Origin: Simkaniaceae bacterium
GTDB taxonomy: Bacteria; Chlamydiota; Chlamydiia; Chlamydiales; JAJFMI01
Reading direction: 5' to 3'
Assembly (NCBI GenBank): GCA_040880145.1
Contig: JBBDIZ010000024.1
Coordinates: 12,423 to 76,422 of the forward strand
DNA: 64,000 nucleotides
Within the stretch, counting starts at the first letter, position 1; each line of letters starts with the position of its first letter. The notes under the pieces are model-generated. The model was not told the origin of the DNA and did no database searches. It saw nothing but the letters and a program-made list of their open reading frames with translations. A program made the position numbers and the translations under genes. Below are positions 1 to 8,639 of this stretch, one piece after another.

Positions 1-1
1 T

Positions 2-208
2 GTCATTAGTTTAAATTTGGGGCTTCTCAACCTACTTCCGCTTCCGATTTTAGACGGGGGCCATATTTGCTTTTCTCTAATTGAAATGGTTCGGAAAAAG
101 CCACTGAAAGCAAAAACAATGCAAAGGTTAATTATTCCATTTGTTGTCATCTTTATTCTTTTCTTTCTCTTTATCACGTTTCAAGATATTTTGAAGATCT
201 ATAGGTAA
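2..208 (+). CDS. rseP: RseP-like site-2 protease (peptidase M50), C-terminal fragment; 5' end lies outside the window
   Basis: The frame is open from the window edge. The peptide [17 protein letters not shown] matches the conserved NLLPxPxLDGG motif of RseP/YaeL proteases and is followed by a terminal TM helix. Confidence 0.6.
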   Translation, partial: VISLNLGLLNLLPLPILDGGHICFSLIEMVRKKPLKAKTMQRLIIPFVVIFILFFLFITFQDILKIYR

Positions 209-212
209 AAAA

Positions 213-746
213 ATGAAATTGAAATTAGCCTATTACGGTTCTAAATGGCTTCGTAAAAGAGCAAAAGAGATCGATGCAATTACACCTGAGATTAGAGAGT
301 TGGCAGCAGCCATGATTGACCTCATGAATCAATGCAAGGGGGTGGGAATTGCTGCAAACCAGGTAGAAAGAGACCTCCGAATTTTTATCACTAAATGTCC
401 CTTCTATAATCAGGAAGACGAATGGATAGAAGGCGAAACCTTGGTCTATATTAACCCAAAAATCATCTCACATTCTGATGAACTGGTGATCTTTGATGAT
501 GGCTGCCTGTCTATTCCTGGAGTTTACCGCGATCACCCGCGGCCTAAACATATTCAAATTGAAGCTCTCGACTTAGAGGGTCAACTCATAAAAAAAGAAC
601 TATCTGATTTTGAAGCCTTTAACTTCATGCATGAGCTCGATCATTTAAATGGAGTTCTCTTCATCGACCGCTTAGATCAAAGAGCGCGAAAGAAGTTGAA
701 GCCGCAACTTCAAGAGATTAAAAAAAAGTATTCTTCTTCCACTTAG
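213..746 (+). CDS. def: peptide deformylase
   Basis: 177 aa with the three deformylase motifs GVGIAANQ, DGCLSIPG and HELDHLNG. Confidence 0.9.
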   Translation: MKLKLAYYGSKWLRKRAKEIDAITPEIRELAAAMIDLMNQCKGVGIAANQVERDLRIFITKCPFYNQEDEWIEGETLVYINPKIISHSDELVIFDDGCLSIPGVYRDHPRPKHIQIEALDLEGQLIKKELSDFEAFNFMHELDHLNGVLFIDRLDQRARKKLKPQLQEIKKKYSSST

Positions 747-752
747 CATAAA

Positions 753-1092
753 TAGACATCTTGCATAACCCCAATTCTCTGCCCCTGCCCTTGCCCCTGC
801 CCTTGCCCTTGCCCGATTAGTGTTTTTTTTGAGCCATTTTCACTAGCATGGACACTATTAGGTAAATGTTCTATTATAACATCCGCTAGTATGACAAATT
901 CTATTGCCACTTGGTATACGGTTAATTTCTCATGGTCTAAAAGAATTCGTTTCTGTACAGAAGGAACGGCTTAAAAAATAGTATTGTGTGCCAGAACTTT
1001 TTCAAACTTTTCGGGCAAGGGCAAGGGCAAGGGCAAGGGCAAGGGCAGGGGCAGGGCAAGGGCAGGGGAATTGGGGTTATGCAAGATGTCTA
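753..1092. repeat. 340-bp palindromic element: 25-nt unique termini plus C3/G3 hexamer microsatellite arms around a ~190-bp non-coding core
   Basis: Left arm 753-815 is tagacatcttgcataaccccaattc followed by GCCCYT hexamers. Right arm 1012-1092 is its reverse complement with four extra GGGCAA-type units. No credible ORF lies inside. Confidence 0.8.
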
Positions 1093-1095
1093 ATT

Positions 1096-1124
1096 AAAAA
1101 AACCCGGAGAAGATTCCCCGGGTT
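1096..1124 (-). terminator. rho-independent terminator downstream of dnaK
   Basis: The minus strand reads AACCCGG, a 10-nt loop, CCGGGTT, then a T-run. It starts 24 nt after the dnaK stop codon. Confidence 0.7.
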
Positions 1125-1147
1125 GTCAATTGGAAGAAAAGTAGGGC

Positions 1148-3064
1148 TTACTTTTCTCCTTCGTCAAGAACTTCAACTTCAGCATCCTCGATATCAGGAT
1201 TATCCTGATTAGAGGAAGAAGCTTCGCTTCCGGGCATGGGGCCGGCTTCAGGAGAGGCGCCGGCTGGGCCTTGCATATTCTCGCCAATTTTCTGAATCGC
1301 TTGATTGAGATCATTTATACAGGTGCGCATTTGATCGACAGCGCCTGATTCTTTTGCTGTTTTCAGAGCGTCGATTTTGCCTTGAATTTCTGAGACGATT
1401 GCTTCAGGAAGCTTTTCCGCATAATCAGTAAGAGCTTTTTCTGATCGGAAGATTAAAGCATCTGCCTCATTTTGGGTATCGATGCTCTCTTTGCGCTGTT
1501 TATCTTCATCAGCATTCTCTTCCGCATCTTTTACCATACGGTTAATTTCATCCTCAGAAAGCCCTGATTTTGCTTCAATTCGGATATTCTGTTCTTTACC
1601 TGACTTTAGATCTTTTGCTGAAACGCGCAGGATCCCATCGGCATCGATGTCGAAGGAGACCTCGATTTGCGGTGTGCCGCGCGGGGCAGGCGGGACATCT
1701 GTCAGGTCAAAGCGACCAATTTCCTTGTTGTCCTTTGCCATGGGACGCTCTCCCTGAAGGACCACAATGGTCACAGCAGGTTGATTATCTGCAGCTGTTG
1801 AGAAAGTCTGCTTTTTTTGCGTCGGAATGGTTGTATTTCTCTCAACAAGAGGAGTCATCACCCCGCCGAGAGTTTCAATTCCGAGGGTAAGAGGGATCAC
1901 ATCCAGAAGAAGAACATCCTTCACATCACCTGAGAGAACTCCCCCTTGAATGGCAGCTCCACATGCAACAACTTCATCGGGGTTCACACCTTTATGGGGC
2001 TCACGTCCAAAAAGCTCTTTGACACGCTCTTGAACAAGAGGCATGCGCGTCATACCACCGACTAAAATGACTTCATGAATCTGCTCTTTGGAGAGCTTGG
2101 CATCTTTAATGGCGTTTAAGCAAGGCTTAATGGTTCTTTCGACAAGCTTCATTGTTAATTCTTCAAATTTAGCTCGTGTCAGAGTGAGTGTTAAGTGTTT
2201 AGGCCCAGAAGCATCCATGGTGATAAAGGGCTGGTTAATCTCTGTAGAAGTTGTGCCGGAAAGCTCAATTTTTGCTTTCTCAGCAGCATCTTTTAATCGC
2301 TGAAGCGCCATTTTATCTTTCGATAGATCAATGCCATTTTCGCGTTTAAACTCTTCAAGGAGATAGTTAATGATAGCGGTATCGAAATCATCACCGCCTA
2401 AATGCGTATCGCCATTTGTTGCTAGAACCTCGACGACACCCTCTGAAATCTCTAAGATAGAGATATCAAAAGTACCGCCTCCGAGGTCATAAACTGCTAT
2501 GTTTTGATCCGCTGTCTTATCGAGACCATAGGAAAGAGCAGCAGCTGTTGGTTCTGGGATAATACGCTTAACGTCAAGACCTGCAATGCGTCCTGCATCT
2601 TTTGTGGATTGACGCTGGGAGTCATTGAAGTAAGCCGGAACAGTGATAACGGCTTCGGTTACTTTTTCTCCAAGGTAGGCTTCTGCAGTCTCTTTCATTT
2701 TTGTTAGAATCTGAGCGGCAACTTCTTCAGGAGTGAGGTCATTCCCATCAACTTCAAAAATCGCATCACCTTTTCCATTTGCTTTGACTTTATAAGGAAC
2801 GGTACTGATTTCACCTGCTACTTCTGAATATTTACGGCCGATAAAACGTTTTGTAGAATAAAGCGTCTTTTCAGGGTTTGTCACCGCTTGGCGCTTGGCG
2901 GGAACTCCAACCAATCTTTCATCTTTTTTGTAACCGACGATTGAGGGGGTTGTGCGCGTACCTTCTGCATTCGCAATAACCTTCGCTTCTTTTCCTTCCA
3001 TGATTGCTACGCAGGAGTTTGTTGTCCCGAGATCAATCCCAATAATTTTGGATTTTTTAGCCAT
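1148..3064 (-). CDS. dnaK: molecular chaperone DnaK (Hsp70)
   Basis: 638 aa with Hsp70 signatures [17 protein letters not shown] and [11 protein letters not shown]. grpE and hrcA lie immediately upstream. Confidence 0.97.
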   Translation of the reverse strand: MAKKSKIIGIDLGTTNSCVAIMEGKEAKVIANAEGTRTTPSIVGYKKDERLVGVPAKRQAVTNPEKTLYSTKRFIGRKYSEVAGEISTVPYKVKANGKGDAIFEVDGNDLTPEEVAAQILTKMKETAEAYLGEKVTEAVITVPAYFNDSQRQSTKDAGRIAGLDVKRIIPEPTAAALSYGLDKTADQNIAVYDLGGGTFDISILEISEGVVEVLATNGDTHLGGDDFDTAIINYLLEEFKRENGIDLSKDKMALQRLKDAAEKAKIELSGTTSTEINQPFITMDASGPKHLTLTLTRAKFEELTMKLVERTIKPCLNAIKDAKLSKEQIHEVILVGGMTRMPLVQERVKELFGREPHKGVNPDEVVACGAAIQGGVLSGDVKDVLLLDVIPLTLGIETLGGVMTPLVERNTTIPTQKKQTFSTAADNQPAVTIVVLQGERPMAKDNKEIGRFDLTDVPPAPRGTPQIEVSFDIDADGILRVSAKDLKSGKEQNIRIEAKSGLSEDEINRMVKDAEENADEDKQRKESIDTQNEADALIFRSEKALTDYAEKLPEAIVSEIQGKIDALKTAKESGAVDQMRTCINDLNQAIQKIGENMQGPAGASPEAGPMPGSEASSSNQDNPDIEDAEVEVLDEGEK

Positions 3065-3067
3065 ATT

Positions 3068-3601
3068 TTACGACTCCTTTTCTTTTTCTAAATTAATTCT
3101 TTTTGCGACCTTTACCTTTGAGGGGCGTAAAATACGCTCTCCCGATTTGTAGCCGCGGATAAACTCTTTTAAAATGGTACCCTCTTCCACATCATCTCGA
3201 TCCTCAACCTCCATGGCTTCATGCAGGTTGGGATCAAACGCCTCTCCAAGAGAGTCATAAGAGTCAATACCATTATTTTTTAATACATCTTTTAGCTCGG
3301 TTAAAATCATACGGAAGCCAAAAGCCCAATTTTTGACCTCATCGCTCATATTTTCGCTATGACCCAGGGCACTTTCAAAGTTATCCAGGGGAGCTAAAAA
3401 GTCTTCCAAAACACCCTCTGCAGCAAACTTGACCATCTTCTGACGCTCTTTTTGCATTCGTTTTAAGGTATTTTCATTATCTGCAAGAGCTTGAAGATAC
3501 TTATTTTTATAATCGAGCTCTTCCTGCTCTTTTTGAATCTCTTCGAGCGTCACACCCTCATTTTCATGGGCGGACTCCTGATTTTTCTCTTCATCACTCA
3601 T
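3068..3601 (-). CDS. grpE: nucleotide exchange factor GrpE
   Basis: 177 aa with an acidic coiled-coil N-terminus and a conserved FDPNLHEAM region. It sits between hrcA and dnaK, 3 nt from the dnaK start. Confidence 0.9.
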   Translation of the reverse strand: MSDEEKNQESAHENEGVTLEEIQKEQEELDYKNKYLQALADNENTLKRMQKERQKMVKFAAEGVLEDFLAPLDNFESALGHSENMSDEVKNWAFGFRMILTELKDVLKNNGIDSYDSLGEAFDPNLHEAMEVEDRDDVEEGTILKEFIRGYKSGERILRPSKVKVAKRINLEKEKES

Positions 3602-4721
3602 GGTATTGCCTTTTATCTTCTATTAAATGATCTACTTTCACATCCATCACCTCTTGATTGGGTTGACGGAAGGAGATTTTAAAAGCGTGGGTGCTTTTTG
3701 TTAAGGATTGACTGAGCAGGCCGCTAAAATTACGAAGCAGTCCAAAAAGACGAGGGTAGTCGACTCTTGAAGGGCCAAGGAGCGTAATCACACCGGCAGA
3801 TTTGCCTTGAATGCGGTAAGGAATGCAAATCAGTGCGGCATCAACCTCATCATTAGTAAAGGAGGAGAGATCCTCACTTCCAATAAAAAAGGTGAGTTCA
3901 TCGCGCTCAATCGTTTCAGTGATCAGATGGCTCAAAAGTGTGGGATTTTCAAAGAGAGAGAGAGAGGAGCCAAGAGCTCTTGCATCATTAAGCTCTTCGA
4001 ACTTCAGAAGCTGAGAAAACCCCATTCGATAAATATCACGAGAGGAGAAATTGGCATAATTCACAATGTGACGCAATAAAACCTCATGAAAAAGATGGCT
4101 TAGAAGCTCTTCTTCATCATCCATAAGTGCTTCACACTCTTGTCGATGAATTTTACATTTAAGCTGCGTTTCAATTCGCTTTAAAGAGAGATAAGAAAAG
4201 CGTCTTTCAAGAAATAGGGTTTCAGTACGAATTAATCCAAAGTCCGTAATGATCACAACTAAGAGCTGTTCATCGTCAATCTTCACAAGTTTGACATCAC
4301 GAATTTGATCATGATCAAAACGGGGAGCGGAAAGCAAAACAGCCAAACCCGTTATCTCTGAAAGAGCCTGTAAAGAACCTGAAAGCATTTTCACAACCTC
4401 TTGGCTTTCAGATTCGATACGGCCTTCTAGAAATAGACGATCTTCCGGCTTAATATCGGTGGTATGCGCATGAAAAGCGGCATAACTTTTCAGCCCAAAC
4501 GCTGTCGGCGTTCGGCCACCAGAAGAGTGAAGCTGCTTTAAAAAGCCCCCTTCCTCTAACTTGGCATAGTAGTTCCGAATGGTCGCAGAGCTTAAATGAT
4601 CAAAGCCGTTTTCCTTAAGTGTATTAGAACCAATAGGTTGACCACCTTCAATAAAAAGCCGAATTAGCCCTCTTAAGACAGCTTGCTCACGCTCTAGTTT
4701 CGCTGATTTACCTTTTTTCAC
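3594..4721 (-). CDS. hrcA: heat-inducible transcription repressor HrcA (GTG start)
   Basis: 375 aa with an N-terminal winged-helix-like region (GGQPIGSNTL). It is the first gene of hrcA-grpE-dnaK and overlaps grpE by 8 nt. CIRCE-like sites lie upstream. Confidence 0.88.
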   Translation of the reverse strand: MKKGKSAKLEREQAVLRGLIRLFIEGGQPIGSNTLKENGFDHLSSATIRNYYAKLEEGGFLKQLHSSGGRTPTAFGLKSYAAFHAHTTDIKPEDRLFLEGRIESESQEVVKMLSGSLQALSEITGLAVLLSAPRFDHDQIRDVKLVKIDDEQLLVVIITDFGLIRTETLFLERRFSYLSLKRIETQLKCKIHRQECEALMDDEEELLSHLFHEVLLRHIVNYANFSSRDIYRMGFSQLLKFEELNDARALGSSLSLFENPTLLSHLITETIERDELTFFIGSEDLSSFTNDEVDAALICIPYRIQGKSAGVITLLGPSRVDYPRLFGLLRNFSGLLSQSLTKSTHAFKISFRQPNQEVMDVKVDHLIEDKRQYHE

Positions 4722-4748
4722 TTAGCACCAACACCTTTTTTCTGCTAA
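4722..4748 (-). promoter_or_regulatory. CIRCE-like operator 1, abutting the hrcA start codon
   Basis: The minus strand reads TTAGCAGAA-N9-TGGTGCTAA versus the consensus TTAGCACTC-N9-GAGTGCTAA. The 9-nt spacer is exact, and the arms match 6/9 and 7/9. Confidence 0.5.
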
Positions 4749-4758
4749 ATCTACTCTG

Positions 4759-4787
4759 ATTTTAACAGAGGATGCCGGAAAAAGCAA
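4759..4787 (-). promoter_or_regulatory. candidate sigma-70-type promoter of hrcA-grpE-dnaK
   Basis: The minus strand reads TTGCTT-N17-TAAAAT and lies between the two CIRCE-like sites, 38 nt upstream of the GTG start. Confidence 0.45.
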
Positions 4788-4792
4788 GTTTT

Positions 4793-4819
4793 TTAGCACT
4801 CTAATCCTTAGATTGCAAA
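4793..4819 (-). promoter_or_regulatory. CIRCE-like operator 2, upstream of the candidate -35
   Basis: The minus strand reads TTTGCAATC-N9-GAGTGCTAA. The right arm matches the consensus 9/9 and the left arm 7/9, with an exact 9-nt spacer. Confidence 0.55.
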
Positions 4820-4845
4820 AAAAAGCCACCTATCTAGAGGTGGCT
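4817..4845 (-). terminator. rho-independent terminator of the 4877-5359 gene
   Basis: Stem AGCCACC, an 8-nt loop, and stem GGTGGCT, followed on the minus strand by a T8 run. It lies 32 nt after the stop codon. Confidence 0.65.
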
Positions 4846-4876
4846 AATTATAAAATGATCTATGATTGAGCTTCAA

Positions 4877-5359
4877 TTAAGAGGCTGCAGATAGAGCCAT
4901 CGGAATAGTAAAAAGAATTAGAATCAGAGCTAGAAATAAGAAGGGAGAAGCGATTGCAAGTGTAAAAAAATGAGTTAGCAAAATACCTGCGGTGAGCGAA
5001 GCTAAAAAAAGACCCGCACTTAGCAGGGTTACCCCAATAAGAACTTTTTTAAAATTAGTAGTTACTTCTTTTAATTCATAAGTGGTCCCGTCTATAGGGA
5101 TCTCCTTTGCAGGGGTTTCGGCTATAGTGATCTCCTTTGCAGGGGTTTTGGCTATATAATATCGAGAGCTCCCATCTTCTATAGTTAGAGGGATCCCGTT
5201 TTTATATATAGGGGTCTTGTCTGCATATCGAGAGATCACGTTTTTTATAGTTAGAGGGATCCCGTTTTTATATAGATATTCGTTTTCTGGGTTGTTTTTA
5301 AACATATCTATTTCTGTAACGTTATGCGAACTTATATTAGATTGATTATTGACTGACAT
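4877..5359 (-). CDS. hypothetical membrane protein with internal repeats and a C-terminal ~55-aa bilobed hydrophobic domain (Inc-like)
   Basis: 160 aa. A 22-aa unit YKNGIPLTI...SRY occurs twice and ETPAKEI occurs twice. The C-terminus VLIGVTLLSAGLFLASLTAGILL...LAIASPFLFLALILILFTIPMAL forms two adjacent TM helices. The gene has its own terminator. Confidence 0.5.
   Translation of the reverse strand: MSVNNQSNISSHNVTEIDMFKNNPENEYLYKNGIPLTIKNVISRYADKTPIYKNGIPLTIEDGSSRYYIAKTPAKEITIAETPAKEIPIDGTTYELKEVTTNFKKVLIGVTLLSAGLFLASLTAGILLTHFFTLAIASPFLFLALILILFTIPMALSAAS
5099..5290. repeat. intragenic direct repeats (30 bp x2 at 5099-5156; 66 bp x2 at 5159-5290)
   Basis: gatctcctttgcaggggttt(c/t)ggctata is duplicated with a 30-bp period. 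atatcgagag...tagttagagggatcccgtttttatata is duplicated with a 66-bp period. Confidence 0.75.
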
Positions 5360-5469
5360 TTGTTTTACCTCTTTAGTTTATTATTTATTAATAACTAAAT
5401 CATAACAATTATTTAATAAATAGTAAACAAAATATTTATACTATATTTATTGTACTAATATTCAAGTGT

Positions 5470-8400
5470 TTAGTTGATGAGGTCGATTTGGTGGTCGCTC
5501 GAAAGGTTCTTCTCGAATACTGCGGGATCGCGGATTACAAGAGGAAGAACGTCGACAATTGTGGGCTGCCAGGATAGACCTCGCTTGTAGACCAGGCGAG
5601 CAGCAATGTAGGAGGCGATCATGGCTTTTTTATGGACCTCGGGGATGTTTGTCAAAATGCGCTCTTTGTAATTTTCTCTTAAGAATTGGGGGCAAGAGCT
5701 TAGAAGACACTGGATAAGAGGGTCATTGTGGTTTTTTGAAAGGGCAATGGTTTCGAGATAATCGAGGATTTGGTAGGTGAAGGTGTTGATGCGCTCGGAG
5801 ACCCATTCGGAGATATCGGTGAAAAAGGCTCCTGTTTCTGCATGGGTGCGGATGATCAGCTGAGCTTCAAAGCGCGCTTTTTCAGCGATGAGGTTGAGGA
5901 TTTGGGGCATGAGGATTTTTTTGTGATTCACAAATTCATCATCATTTAGTACAAGCCCAATCAATACTTCAAATGAGGAGCAGATAACCCCTCCTTTATT
6001 GGCAGAACTATCTTTAATGATAATGGTTCCGGCAAGCTCGAGTTCTCTTCGAGCAATAGGAGTGAGATAAAGATTGGCGCCTTCGATGATCGCCTTTGAT
6101 GAGGGGTGTTTGTTTTCGTCGAGATATTCTGTCCAGTTCTGGTCATTAAGAGTTCGAGGGCGGCCGCCTGCAGGGACAAAGACATCGGTTTTTACTTGGT
6201 GGACATTGTGTCGGAGCAAGTGGTTCATATCGTTGCCCGATAACCACTCTTTGACAAGCTCTCCTTTTTCTTTACGCCAGCAAAGGGTCTGTTTCGAATA
6301 GGCAGATTGCTCTTTTTTTGTGAAAACATCTAAGAGAAAGCCGCCGTCATGGAGGAGCTCAGGGGGATAATGGCGGATCGATTGGGATTGTTTGAAGAGG
6401 TTGACCATCGCCTCTAGATCGAGTCCTTCCGGATCGTAAATGGTTCCTGAAACATCGATAAGGGCTAAGAGCTTGGCTGTTTTTGGGTAATATTTATAGA
6501 GGTTATAGATTTCATTTCCGGCGACATCGCCGTCAGGCCCTCCTGAAATCTTTATCGTAAAGGGCTCTTTTTTAGGATCAATGCCCAAAAACAGAAGCGT
6601 TTCTTCCATGCAAACATTTACGCCAAGCGAGGTGACTCCAAACTCTTTGTGATTGATCCCGTAGGTGGGTTTTGAAGAAATAAAAGCGCTGCCGACTTTA
6701 TACTTCACGCTTTTACTAAATGCTGCAATCCACTCGATCATCTCATTGTGCATATTCTCATCAGGCCCGAGATAGATGTATTCGGGATTTTTATAGTAGT
6801 CAACGATGTGTTTAGCTTTTAATCTGCCATCTTCCTCACAATTGATTAAGGACATAAAACTGTGAATAAAGCCGCGCTGCGTTTGATAAAGATATTGAAG
6901 CTTTTGTTCTTTTTTAAATGTATCGATAAACGATGCAATTTCATCGAGGGGAATTTGTGCGAGCTTCAGTTCTTTCTCGTAGATTTTAGCCTCAAATAGA
7001 AGCCGTTCATAGGGTTCTAGAAAAATAACTGCTTTTGAGCCGCCTTCCGGGATGTCTTTGTTTTTCTTTTGCTGGGTGTAGGCCAGATTATAACATTCGG
7101 TGAATACGTTATTGCGCTCGCTAATCATTTGTTCATATTTTTGAGGGAAAACAGTGCGAAGTCCTCCTCGAGAAAGGTCTTTGAAACGGATATGAAATCC
7201 AATAAAGTACATTCCTTGGACAAAGAAGATACCAAAGGGAAGATCCGGAAATTTTTCTGTTCGATCAAAGGGAAGTGCGTCTAAATAGGAGGGGTCTAGG
7301 CGGTAAGATAAGCCGACTTTATTATTGCGGTAAAAATTCGTTTTCAAGGTGTAGGTGATAAAATTCAACCCTTGAAGTAGGATGTTCTTTCGCCTCATAT
7401 CATTGATTTGATTTCCTGTGTCGAGCGCTTCAACAAGAGTTTCAAATTTTGTTGACTTTATATTAAAGCTCTGAATATCAGCATTGTCAGGGTGGAATTT
7501 CTCTTCAAAAAGCTCGCAAAGCTTGACGGTTAGTTCAGGGTGGCGGCACAAGCCTTCTTCAATATGAGATAGGCTATAAAGGTTGGGATCTGCGTGGACT
7601 AAGGCTTGGTGGCAAAAATTCACCATTGTTCTTAAAAAATTACCAAGATTTCCTCTAACTAACTGGGGGGTAATGAAAACTTCTTCAATTTGATCTTGAT
7701 CGTCAAAGTATTTCAGCGTGACAAGCTCGCGTAAAAAATCATCGATATCACTAGCTTCCCAGGCGGGCCGGTCATCAGCCCCATGAAGTCCTAAGGATAA
7801 AATGAGAATATTCTGCTTTTTATAAGGATCGATATAGGTGGCATTTACCCGCGTCAGGGTTAGATTATGCCGATTGACAAGTTTCGCCAGCCTATAGAGG
7901 AAGCGGTGCTTTGGGGCATTTCTCCAAGCGAGCACAATCTGCATGGAAGGAGTGTTTTTCCCTTGGCTTTCCCAATCTTTATTAAAGCGGACTTCATATT
8001 GGCAGCGATCTCGAACGAGCGCTCGTAAATACATATCTAAGGCGATCGTCAATCTTTCGTGCGTAACAGAGCGTACAAAACGGGAGTTAATCCCTTCGAT
8101 TAGGTGATAAAAAAGATCTTTTGTAAGCTCAGGGTTTTGCTTTTTGACCTCTTTAAAAAGCTTAGATTGCTCTTCAGTTGAAAGCATTTTCTTTGCAGAC
8201 TTCTCTGTTTCATGGAATTCTGTAAAAAAAATGACGCCTACGCGAAGTTTTTCCTTGCAGCCTTCAAAAGGAGGCGGCTCATCGGAAACGAAAGTCATAT
8301 AGTTTTTAATGCCATACATATTGTAGTGCTTTAAAATTCGAATATCAGCATCAGGGGAGTCTAAACAAGAGACAATCGCGCAGTTTTGTAGTCGAAATTG

Positions 8401-8601
8401 AGAAAAGTAGTCTTGAAGAGGAAATCCCATCAAATTATGGGCTACCATGATCACATGCAGGGGTTCGACCTCATCAAAGAAGCTTGGGGGCATATGGCTC
8501 TCTAGCCAATGGATATAGTCTTCAAAAAGACGACTCTCTTTTTGAACAACCCCTTTTAACTCTTCATCCGAAAGGCGTTTTTTGTCGGAGTTATCCGCCA
8601 T
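5470..8601 (-). CDS. NAD-specific glutamate dehydrogenase, large (~115 kDa, GDH2-like) class
   Basis: 1043 aa with motifs SRGGLRTV, GPDENM, GINHKEFGVTSLG, GGPDGDVAGNE, PAGGRPRTLN and EGANLYLT, as recalled for the large NAD-GDH family. Confidence 0.8.
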   Translation of the reverse strand: MADNSDKKRLSDEELKGVVQKESRLFEDYIHWLESHMPPSFFDEVEPLHVIMVAHNLMGFPLQDYFSQFRLQNCAIVSCLDSPDADIRILKHYNMYGIKNYMTFVSDEPPPFEGCKEKLRVGVIFFTEFHETEKSAKKMLSTEEQSKLFKEVKKQNPELTKDLFYHLIEGINSRFVRSVTHERLTIALDMYLRALVRDRCQYEVRFNKDWESQGKNTPSMQIVLAWRNAPKHRFLYRLAKLVNRHNLTLTRVNATYIDPYKKQNILILSLGLHGADDRPAWEASDIDDFLRELVTLKYFDDQDQIEEVFITPQLVRGNLGNFLRTMVNFCHQALVHADPNLYSLSHIEEGLCRHPELTVKLCELFEEKFHPDNADIQSFNIKSTKFETLVEALDTGNQINDMRRKNILLQGLNFITYTLKTNFYRNNKVGLSYRLDPSYLDALPFDRTEKFPDLPFGIFFVQGMYFIGFHIRFKDLSRGGLRTVFPQKYEQMISERNNVFTECYNLAYTQQKKNKDIPEGGSKAVIFLEPYERLLFEAKIYEKELKLAQIPLDEIASFIDTFKKEQKLQYLYQTQRGFIHSFMSLINCEEDGRLKAKHIVDYYKNPEYIYLGPDENMHNEMIEWIAAFSKSVKYKVGSAFISSKPTYGINHKEFGVTSLGVNVCMEETLLFLGIDPKKEPFTIKISGGPDGDVAGNEIYNLYKYYPKTAKLLALIDVSGTIYDPEGLDLEAMVNLFKQSQSIRHYPPELLHDGGFLLDVFTKKEQSAYSKQTLCWRKEKGELVKEWLSGNDMNHLLRHNVHQVKTDVFVPAGGRPRTLNDQNWTEYLDENKHPSSKAIIEGANLYLTPIARRELELAGTIIIKDSSANKGGVICSSFEVLIGLVLNDDEFVNHKKILMPQILNLIAEKARFEAQLIIRTHAETGAFFTDISEWVSERINTFTYQILDYLETIALSKNHNDPLIQCLLSSCPQFLRENYKERILTNIPEVHKKAMIASYIAARLVYKRGLSWQPTIVDVLPLVIRDPAVFEKNLSSDHQIDLIN

Positions 8602-8639
8602 AGTAATATTACCTCTTATTTTTAATTATAATCAGGTAA

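Noticed and set aside
988-1212. 74-aa ORF on the + strand (…RARARARARAGAGQGQG…), together with the 62-aa minus-strand ORF at 1126-1314.
   Set aside because: The Arg-Ala/Gly-Gln run is simply the translation of the GGGCAA hexamer array. The rest crosses the dnaK terminator and the dnaK 3' end. There is no SD sequence and no coding logic.
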